Source: a virus. From it: a stretch of DNA of 64,000 nt. The notes below the pieces were generated by a model, which saw only the letters and a program-made list of their open reading frames with translations, made no database searches and was not told where the DNA came from. Location of the stretch: IMG/VR virus record IMGVR_UViG_3300028394_002659; one strand, written 5' to 3'. Each line of letters opens with the position of its first letter. Position 1 is the first letter of the stretch. The position numbers and the translations under genes were made by a program. Below are positions 38,647 through 45,697 of the stretch, piece after piece.

Positions 38647-38757
38647 TTAAGACCCTGTGTCTCCTAGAATGATTGCTGTTGCGCGACCATAGGCATGTGA
38701 CCAGGCAGATGTCTGACTGAACATATTCTTGGGCGACAAACAGAGTTTCGTTTTCAT
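38647..38757 (-). CDS. Putative leader peptide 1 (36 aa, leaderless)
   Basis: MKTKLCLSPKNMFSQTSAWSHAYGRATAIILGDTGS; ATG 7 nt after TATAAT. Confidence 0.6.
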   Translation of the reverse strand: MKTKLCLSPKNMFSQTSAWSHAYGRATAIILGDTGS

Positions 38758-38764
38758 AGTATCA

Positions 38765-38793
38765 ATTATAGTTTATTTACCTTTGTGCGTCAA
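38765..38793 (-). promoter_or_regulatory. sigma70 promoter of leader 1
   Basis: TTGACG-17-TATAAT, with TAAATA in the spacer. Confidence 0.85.
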
Positions 38794-38834
38794 TCATTTT
38801 GGCAAACTTTCTTGTTGTATTTACACAACAGATT

Positions 38835-39965
38835 TTATTCACCTATACAGAAGGGTTTGCTGTAGATTGGTGCCCCGGTATCTTTTCCAATCATACTGTT
38901 GATTGGGTTGATACTGGTTTCTACCAGATGGTTGCAGAAGTCTTTTTCTAATAATAAATTTTTAATGCCTTTTACATAAAGATTAGCCACGTCATTGTGC
39001 TTCTTTAGCAAAACATCTAATCCAAGATCAAATCCACAAGAAAGTTCGCCATCAATGCCATCAACATTCACGGGGGCCAATTCAAATTTGGATTCGGCGC
39101 CTTTTTGTGCAAAACTTGCGCCAGCAAATACTTCATTTTGTCTCGATAAGTTTTTTTGCCATATGCTATACGTAGCACTTGCGATGTTTTTAAATTTGGA
39201 ACCATCGGGATCTAACCTGGCCTTGCCTGTATTTGCACTCATACGAAGTTTGAGTATTTTTTTAATCATATGACTTTGTTTGAGTGCCAACATAGGGTCA
39301 GTAAAAAAACATTCAATGTTTTCAAAATTCATTGTGCTCAACAAGGTTCTTGCATCATGGCATGAATAATATTTGTTATCTTTTTGGAATACTCTAGGTT
39401 GTTCGTGTCCAGTAATCAAACACCAGGTTGAACCACCGAACTGGTCAGCACAATAGTCCCACATTACAGAGTCCGTGGTTCCCATGGCAAATTTAGGGAT
39501 CATTGAAATATTTTGAAAGATCCAATCTTCTCCTGTTACAATTTGTTGTTTGGCCGCAGGATTAAAACGTTCTTTTACAGTAATTTTGGTCAGTGGGTCA
39601 TGATGGTTGTTTTTTAGCCAATCCACATATTGTGAATTATTCCAGGGCTCGTACTTGTCGTTGACCCAAATTACAATTTCATCAATGTGTAAATTATTGC
39701 GTTTGAACACATTGTAGATTGTGTTACTATCTGTACCGCCACTCCACGACAGCATCACATGTTCATATTTGTTTCTTAAATTACACGCATGCTGATCCAT
39801 CAGTTGATCCAAGGACTCAGCAGGGTCTTGTAACCAATTTAGTTGGTCATTCTGTTGGTCGTGACAAACAAACTCAATAGGAGTTTTGCTTATAAATGCC
39901 TCGTATTTTGCAAGTATATGATTGAAAATTATTTTGCCATTAACACGGAAATAGATAGAGGGCAT
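38835..39965 (-). CDS. PP-loop (adenine nucleotide alpha-hydrolase-like) protein
   Basis: LSWSGGTDS; GHEQPR; paralog of 43513-44628. Confidence 0.75.
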   Translation of the reverse strand: MPSIYFRVNGKIIFNHILAKYEAFISKTPIEFVCHDQQNDQLNWLQDPAESLDQLMDQHACNLRNKYEHVMLSWSGGTDSNTIYNVFKRNNLHIDEIVIWVNDKYEPWNNSQYVDWLKNNHHDPLTKITVKERFNPAAKQQIVTGEDWIFQNISMIPKFAMGTTDSVMWDYCADQFGGSTWCLITGHEQPRVFQKDNKYYSCHDARTLLSTMNFENIECFFTDPMLALKQSHMIKKILKLRMSANTGKARLDPDGSKFKNIASATYSIWQKNLSRQNEVFAGASFAQKGAESKFELAPVNVDGIDGELSCGFDLGLDVLLKKHNDVANLYVKGIKNLLLEKDFCNHLVETSINPINSMIGKDTGAPIYSKPFCIGE

Positions 39966-39981
39966 TTGTGTAGCGTATGAT

Positions 39982-40055
39982 TGGATGCGGGGGACAGATT
40001 CGAACTGCCGATGCACCTGGCTTATGAGACCGGTGTGGTGACCGCCCTCCCCGCG
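39982..40055 (-). tRNA. Atypical initiator-like tRNA(CAT)
   Basis: CGCGGGG/CCCCGCA with C1:A72 mismatch; loop CTCATAA; reduced D arm; CCA. Confidence 0.75.
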
Positions 40056-40065
40056 GTATATTTAA

Positions 40066-40369
40066 TGCTCTGCGTCCCCCGGCGGTAATTATAGTGTATC
40101 AGAAATTTCGTCAAGTTGCCCCAACTAGTCTATTCATCACTTACACCCTCCACCCGCTTCCCGACAGGGACCGTTCTCGTATTGCTAACGCCGGTTAGGT
40201 TGGACCGCTGATTGCTCAGTGAAACTTTGCTGTTTCAGAACCACCCGTGTGTGTCATCACACTTCTCATCGTCTGGGTCAGACTATCCAGTGACGCTGGA
40301 ACGTAGGGGAGAGGCCACGGTTGCAGGATCTAGTGCTCCGAAGAGGAAGTGTCCAGGCGGTGTGGCCTC
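40066..40369 (-). ncRNA. Unassigned ~300-nt structured RNA
   Basis: GC-rich, no credible ORF, many hairpins, three GCAA tetraloops on the minus strand. Confidence 0.55.
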
Positions 40370-40374
40370 AAACT

Positions 40375-40450
40375 TGGCGGTCTTAGGGGGTAACGATCCC
40401 CACTCTTACGGCGTGACAAGCCGTCGTGCGTCCATGAACACTTTAAGACC
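40375..40450 (-). tRNA. tRNA-Asp(GTC)
   Basis: Loop TTGTCAC; atypical T-loop ATCGTTA; CCA. Confidence 0.92.
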
Positions 40451-40453
40451 AAA

Positions 40454-40606
40454 TTTTTATAGTCAAGCACCGAGAATGCCAATTTAGGAGTCCGGTGCTT
40501 CCGTTCCAAAGCCGATGCAGTTATATCAGGATCAGTCGCCGGCCGCTGTGACCCGAATAGTGTATGCGTCCATACACGATACCTTATCGATGCTTGACTA
40601 TAAAAA
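40454..40606 (-). ncRNA. Unassigned structured RNA, element C
   Basis: 20-bp closing stem TTTTTATAGTCAAGCATCGA/TCGGTGCTTGACTATAAAAA. Confidence 0.55.
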
Positions 40607-40609
40607 CAA

Positions 40610-40685
40610 TGGTACTCCGTGGGGGAATCGAACCCCTCCTTACCCGCGTGAAAGGCGAGTGTCCTAACCGATAGACGAACGGAGC
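40610..40685 (-). tRNA. tRNA-Glu(TTC)
   Basis: Loop CTTTCAC; CCA. Confidence 0.95.
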
Positions 40686-40954
40686 ATGTAGTTTTACATT
40701 GAGGAACCATTGTGGATCTCGTTCTGCTTGGTTTGCGAGGCCAAGTCACCACGGTCATTACTGCCAGACGATCCGCCGCTTTTCTGGATCTACTTTTTAC
40801 AGTAGAGAGCCGACTTCATGACTGATAGCAAGTGGACACCCGCCGGTGTCAATTCACTTCTACCAATGCCTCTAACGGGTCTGGTAACCTCTTTGTATAT
40901 TTTAATGATCTGTTGCAAGTAGTCTCGATCGACTTTGTTGCTTTGTTAAGTTCT

Positions 40955-40983
40955 ATTGTAGCAGAGTTTCAATTTATGGTCTA
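40955..40983 (-). promoter_or_regulatory. sigma70-like promoter
   Basis: TAGACC-17-TACAAT. Confidence 0.6.
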
Positions 40984-40986
40984 GCA

Positions 40987-41020
40987 CAAAAAAGAAAACC
41001 CTCCGAAGCGGAGGGTCTTT
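40987..41020 (-). terminator. Intrinsic terminator of putative attenuator 2
   Basis: ACCCTCCG-CTT-CGGAGGGT followed by TTTCTTTTTT. Confidence 0.85.
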
Positions 41021-41038
41021 GTTAGTAGTACTTTTGTA

Positions 41039-41116
41039 TTACAGACAAAGCCCCCAATGGCAATCCCACTCATGTTCTGAGCGAAGGGTTGTGATGATTG
41101 CAGTTGTTTGTTTCAT
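41039..41116 (-). CDS. Putative leader peptide 2 (25 aa, leaderless)
   Basis: MKQTTAIITTLRSEHEWDCHWGLCL; ATG 6 nt after TATAAT. Confidence 0.55.
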   Translation of the reverse strand: MKQTTAIITTLRSEHEWDCHWGLCL

Positions 41117-41122
41117 AAGTGT

Positions 41123-41151
41123 ATTATATATGACAAGTGAATAAAAGTCAA
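41123..41151 (-). promoter_or_regulatory. sigma70 promoter of leader 2
   Basis: TTGACT-17-TATAAT. Confidence 0.85.
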
Positions 41152-41312
41152 GGCTTTTTGGCTCGGTTGCAAGCAGGATCTCGACAAGCCGTAATTCGTT
41201 TGCGATCACAGTCTGGGCAGTCTTTGATTCTGATCCACATGGTGGGCATGAATCTTACAACCTCATTTTTGCCTGGTTTATCCCAACTGTCACATTTGAT
41301 AGCATGTTGCAT
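41148..41312 (-). CDS. Small Cys-rich protein
   Basis: SD AAGGAG before MQHAIKC; CPDC..C....C. Confidence 0.55.
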   Translation of the reverse strand: MQHAIKCDSWDKPGKNEVVRFMPTMWIRIKDCPDCDRKRITACRDPACNRAKKP

Positions 41313-41382
41313 AATGTCTCCTTGACATACATATACAACGCCGTAGCCCGTCAAAGGGTTTACACAAACTGTGTTACTTTGC

Positions 41383-42276
41383 TCATTTCTTAGTCAATAG
41401 TTTTACTACCTGTTGATACTCACGCTCAATATCACGTGCAAACTCATCGGGTGTTTGTTTTCGGGGAACTCCAGCATGTACCACAGTGAGAATTTGTTTT
41501 TGCACTTCTTCGTTGGCTCTAGCACTTTCTAGCATGTTGTACAAGCGATCACGTGTGTCTTTGGGGGTTCCCGGTGGCGCCCAGAACCCAGTCCAGCCTT
41601 CTTGGCTGATATTGTACCCAAGTTCCACAAGACTTTTTATACCATTACGTCCCTTTGGGGTTAGCACTGCCAGGCCGTTTAGTTCTCCAGTGGCAACTCG
41701 ATCCTCCAACAAGAAAGTAACAGTGGTAACTTCGATACTCTTGTTCATCAATGCCAACATGGCCGCATTGTCACCGTTGTAGTTCACCATGATGAGATTG
41801 GGATTGTTGCCCAGCAATTCTTCAAGTGCAATTCTGGTAATAGCGCCATTGTTGCCCACAGCCACAGTGCGTGTTTTCAATGCAGACTTCAGTTGCTCGA
41901 CTGTGCGGATGTCGGAGTCTTTGCGACTGACTAGCATCTGGCCGTTTGTGGCACCACGCATGAGTGGCACAATCTTTGTCATGATTTCGTGGGCCGCGGG
42001 GTTACTGGCAGAATTGTAAACCACTGCACTGCTACCGGTATACATCACAGTGTTGCCGTCGGGCTTGGCAGCCATCAACTCCTGCATGCCAACTAGGCCT
42101 TCGGCGCCAGGTTTGTTGACTACTATAGCCTCAACGCCCTGGCGTGCCAATTCCTTGGCATACACACGTGCCGCAAGGTCAGTGTTGCCCCCGGCCGCAT
42201 AGGTAACAATAATTTTCAATGGTTCTGCCGCATGAGCAGAAGCCACAAGTAATAATGAGAGTAAAAGTTTTTTCAT
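41383..42276 (-). CDS. Bug/TctC tripartite tricarboxylate transporter solute-binding protein
   Basis: Signal peptide; YAAGGNTD, VVNKPGAEG, KPDGNT, W.GFWAPPGTP. Confidence 0.9.
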   Translation of the reverse strand: MKKLLLSLLLVASAHAAEPLKIIVTYAAGGNTDLAARVYAKELARQGVEAIVVNKPGAEGLVGMQELMAAKPDGNTVMYTGSSAVVYNSASNPAAHEIMTKIVPLMRGATNGQMLVSRKDSDIRTVEQLKSALKTRTVAVGNNGAITRIALEELLGNNPNLIMVNYNGDNAAMLALMNKSIEVTTVTFLLEDRVATGELNGLAVLTPKGRNGIKSLVELGYNISQEGWTGFWAPPGTPKDTRDRLYNMLESARANEEVQKQILTVVHAGVPRKQTPDEFARDIEREYQQVVKLLTKK

Positions 42277-42971
42277 AATTGATTGTAATCCAATTCAAAA
42301 GGTACGCTGGATTCAGCCAGTTCTTTGAACCGATCTGTGACTAAACCACTCAATCGCAACAGAGCCCTGTGCCAGTATCCAGCGTTGAAAGTGCTGTGAG
42401 CACCTGTGGGCCAATCCCAATGCACAACATCTCCGGTCCGCCAGTGAGTGTAAATTTCGTCTCCAAAAATAATACCTTGTCCCCAGCGCCAGTCAGTGAG
42501 CAATATTAACACACGACTGGCAGTGCGTCTATCATTTTGAAAAGCCGCAAGTTCCTCCTCACTGAATTGAATCTTGTGTATACTAGATTCTTCAGGAGCA
42601 ATGTAACCGTATCCCAGTTCATCTATATGCAATGGTTGCAACGCACCTGGTACAAGTGTTTGTACTCGACCACTGGGCTTGCGATAGCCGATCAAATCAC
42701 CGATACGTTCTATCACGGCAGTATCGGTGACCAACCATCTATCAAAGTCTTTGGGATCTGCTGACTCACCCACAATAGTACCAATATCAGTGTCTTTGTA
42801 CCCTAGTTCTCGAGTCAACTGATCTGCCACTGCCAGACGGCTGATGTGTTTTGCTTCCTGTAAACTGGGAATACTTTGTGCAATAGTTTGACCGTGACTT
42901 AAAAATTCGTTCCACTCCGAATGTGGAGGAATATTGCGGATATTACCTAGGTATTTGTAATGCGTTGCCAT
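42273..42971 (-). CDS. Putative cupin/2OG-Fe(II) oxygenase-like protein
   Basis: PLHID...W..GD...AHST.NAG...R. Confidence 0.55.
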   Translation of the reverse strand: MATHYKYLGNIRNIPPHSEWNEFLSHGQTIAQSIPSLQEAKHISRLAVADQLTRELGYKDTDIGTIVGESADPKDFDRWLVTDTAVIERIGDLIGYRKPSGRVQTLVPGALQPLHIDELGYGYIAPEESSIHKIQFSEEELAAFQNDRRTASRVLILLTDWRWGQGIIFGDEIYTHWRTGDVVHWDWPTGAHSTFNAGYWHRALLRLSGLVTDRFKELAESSVPFELDYNQL

Positions 42972-42989
42972 GAGAAGTTGAAAATAGGA

Positions 42990-43250
42990 GATAGGTTTAT
43001 TCTGTTACGAGGAAAACCTATCAAAACCCTAGGCTACAATCAAGCGGCCAATGCGAACTGTGAGTCGTTAGCGGTTACTTTTGTTTAGTTTTTACGACTA
43101 TCGCTGTCGTGCTGTCCACTTCAATACTCCTGACCCAATCGATCCTGTGTCATCCCCACCTAAATATACCTCATACACTTAGGTGGAGATGCCGGGCACT
43201 GCCCCCGGGTCTTGAATCCATTTTTATCGGCTTCATACAGCAATAACTTA
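42990..43250 (-). ncRNA. ssrA: Circularly permuted (two-piece) tmRNA; tag (A)ANDSQFALAA
   Basis: T arm and CATCTCC-ACC (43191-43182) lie upstream of GGGGATG (43157); G3.U70; tag ORF 43072-43040; 3' hairpin 42990-43022; TATAAATA at 43258-43265. Confidence 0.9.
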
Positions 43251-43281
43251 CAGTATATATTTATACAGGTTGTTTGTCAAC

Positions 43282-43461
43282 CTATTTGGTACTCACATGA
43301 CATGCGGCCACAATCTGTTTGTTTTGTGCCCGGAATTCTTCACGTTTTTGAACTCGGGCTTGCTCGCATTCTGCCTGAGTTTTGAACTTGGCCTGTTCGC
43401 CATACTCAGGCACCGGTCCTAAGACACTAAAACTCAACACCCAGATCAGAGTCCGGCTCAT
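43282..43461 (-). CDS. 59-aa small exported/membrane protein with two Cys (not in ORF track)
   Basis: MSRTLIWVLSFSVLG..FKTQAECEQA..ACHVSTK; TATAAATA at 43481-43488. Confidence 0.65.
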   Translation of the reverse strand: MSRTLIWVLSFSVLGPVPEYGEQAKFKTQAECEQARVQKREEFRAQNKQIVAACHVSTK

Positions 43462-43512
43462 GGCAAAATCCTAACTACTGTATTTATAGCCCAGTAGTTA
43501 AAAATCCACTGG

Positions 43513-44628
43513 TCATGGACCGATACAGTACTCCTTTGACCATGTAAATTTCAAACTGCTAAAACGCATGTCGCCAGATCTAAACCAGCCGTTGTCCCGT
43601 AACCAATTGGTAAATCCAAACTCACTGGTCAAATTATGAAATCCTTTGAGATAGTTTACCGCTGCCGGATTGTTGTCGGACAAGTCATGAAGCAGATGTC
43701 GATCAGAACTGTGTACATTGCGCCAGTCACCGTGTACCTGTAGTTGCAGTTGATCAAAAGATTCGTTGCCAATTTTTTGTGTGTGGCTGACTCCGATATA
43801 AACTTCGTCGTGTCTTCCGCAAGCAGTGGCCCAGGCACGGTATCCTGCAGGATCTTTGTCCCATTTGGACTCAGCCCAGTCATTACTGTACAACGGTTGT
43901 GCAGTTTGTTTAATGATGTTTTTAACCGCACGTTTGACCATGTGTGCTTGTTTGATTGCAATCAATGGCTCAAAGAAAAAATGTTCAATATAATCATGGC
44001 CCATTGTAGGTTGTAGCACCATGCTGAGTTGTCTATGATACCAAGCACCGTCACGATAGATCAGTCTGGGTTTTTCGTAGCCACCTATGGCTTTCCATGT
44101 GTGCCCGGCGTGATTTTTTTCGCACAGAAATTTCACAGCATCTGCAGAACTTGTGTTGCCGTATTTGAGTAGGTCGCCTTTGTTCTTCCATACCCAGTCT
44201 TCGTCGGGCAAATCAATCAGTCGCAGGTCAGTGTCGTGATCATCGTAGCGTGTGATGATTGTGGTTGGATCCCAGTGATTATTTTGGATCCAGTATACAT
44301 TGCGCTCGGGAAACATTTCTGAATCTTCTCCGGCCTTGATGATCAGTTCGTCAATGTGAATATTGTTACGTTTAAAAATGTTGTAGATAGTATGACTGTC
44401 AGTGCCGCCACTCCATAACAGAATCAGTCGCTCATATTTCTCACGCAAGGCAAGAGCATGTTGCGTCATCAAGAAGTCTAGCGATGCTTCGGGTTCCAGA
44501 GTCCAATCAAATTGATCAAACTCATAGTCATAACAGTAAAATTTAAGTTCGTGATTGTTTTTCCAGCAATCTCGCAGGGCTAGAAACACATTGTTGTAAT
44601 GTTGCCCGTTTACTTGATATGATACCAT
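43513..44628 (-). CDS. PP-loop (adenine nucleotide alpha-hydrolase-like) protein
   Basis: LLWSGGTDSH; GYEKPR; starts 1 nt after Bug gene stop. Confidence 0.75.
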   Translation of the reverse strand: MVSYQVNGQHYNNVFLALRDCWKNNHELKFYCYDYEFDQFDWTLEPEASLDFLMTQHALALREKYERLILLWSGGTDSHTIYNIFKRNNIHIDELIIKAGEDSEMFPERNVYWIQNNHWDPTTIITRYDDHDTDLRLIDLPDEDWVWKNKGDLLKYGNTSSADAVKFLCEKNHAGHTWKAIGGYEKPRLIYRDGAWYHRQLSMVLQPTMGHDYIEHFFFEPLIAIKQAHMVKRAVKNIIKQTAQPLYSNDWAESKWDKDPAGYRAWATACGRHDEVYIGVSHTQKIGNESFDQLQLQVHGDWRNVHSSDRHLLHDLSDNNPAAVNYLKGFHNLTSEFGFTNWLRDNGWFRSGDMRFSSLKFTWSKEYCIGP

Positions 44629-44629
44629 G

Positions 44630-45514
44630 TTATTTTTTAAGTTGATCTCTGTAGTATTCAGTTTCTTTGACGGCCCTGGCATTCAAGTCAGCATCTGCTT
44701 TGACCACTACAAAACTTCTTTCTGTAAGAGGTTTGGTCAGTTCTGCATCCTGGTTCCATGTTTTGATAATGCTGATCAATTCTGCATTCTTCAACAAATT
44801 GCTGTTGTTGGGAATTGCTGTGGCATACCAAGTCTCAAATTGATATTTTGGCAACACAGTACTCATGGCAGGAATGTCACTACGCACAGCCTTGCTGGAT
44901 GCAAGGAATTTTACTTTGCCTTCTAATCCAGTGTACGCCGCAATCTGATCGTAGCCACAGGGAGTATGACCACCCACAATGTCCGGAATCATCTGGCCTG
45001 TTCCTTTGTAGGGCACTGGTACAAATTTAGTGCCGTAGGTGGAGTTGATTTGTTTGAGTTCGATTTCACCGTGGCTGTTGCTGACACCACACACAGTTTC
45101 TTTTTTCTTTGCTGATTCAATCAGTTCTCGGAACGTTTTGACTTCACCAGATTCGGGAGTGATAAAAACCATTGGGTTGGTAACAGATGGTCCTAGCAGT
45201 TGTGTTTTTGTGGCATAGATGTTTTCTCTATTGAGCAACACATTGGAAAATACAAAGTTTGCAGAACTTGCAACAAATATAATATTGTCTCGTTTTTCCA
45301 CAGCAATGTTCAGAGCAATGTCTCCGTTGGCACCGGGGTGATATACCACCACGTTGTCATGTCCCTTGTTCATCAATGCCTTTGATAAACTACGTGCAGT
45401 GATATCAATTGCACCACCTGGCGGTGTTGGAACAACAATAGTGATTGGGTCTCCGGCAAATACTGTGGCCGAAAATGCCAAAGCAAAAATGAATTGTGTG
45501 AATTTTTTGATCAT
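44630..45514 (-). CDS. Bug/TctC solute-binding protein
   Basis: Signal peptide; VPTPPGGAID, PGANG, VPYKG; SD AGGAG. Confidence 0.88.
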   Translation of the reverse strand: MIKKFTQFIFALAFSATVFAGDPITIVVPTPPGGAIDITARSLSKALMNKGHDNVVVYHPGANGDIALNIAVEKRDNIIFVASSANFVFSNVLLNRENIYATKTQLLGPSVTNPMVFITPESGEVKTFRELIESAKKKETVCGVSNSHGEIELKQINSTYGTKFVPVPYKGTGQMIPDIVGGHTPCGYDQIAAYTGLEGKVKFLASSKAVRSDIPAMSTVLPKYQFETWYATAIPNNSNLLKNAELISIIKTWNQDAELTKPLTERSFVVVKADADLNARAVKETEYYRDQLKK

Positions 45515-45673
45515 GGTTTCTCCTAAAAGTCTATTATACACAATTGCTAGTAGGAGGTCTACATACGGTGCGGCGTTCTGAGCATAGTTATGTCAGTAAA
45601 AGGGTTACTACCCCAGGCGTCACTGGAAATACCGACGTCAGCCTGTTGCTGGCGTTACAGAAATATTTATAAG

Positions 45674-45697
45674 AAAGCGGCCGAAGCCGCTTTTTTT
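45674..45697. terminator. Intrinsic terminator, likely bidirectional
   Basis: AAAGCGGC-TTCG-GCCGCTTT. Confidence 0.85.

Noticed and set aside
40343-40358. GAGGAAGTGTCCAGGC resembling RNase P RNA P4 (GAGGAAAGTCC)
   Set aside because: Imperfect match, on the strand opposite the operon, with no 3' P4 partner found.
40490-40520. GGAACGGAAGCAC resembling SRP RNA domain IV
   Set aside because: The CAGG half of the symmetric loop and a proper GGAA-capped stem are missing.
40330-40758. 142-aa minus-strand ORF, and similar ORFs 38068-38514, 36722-37000 and 35979-36197
   Set aside because: They run across tRNA genes, lack start signals and have no protein-like motifs.
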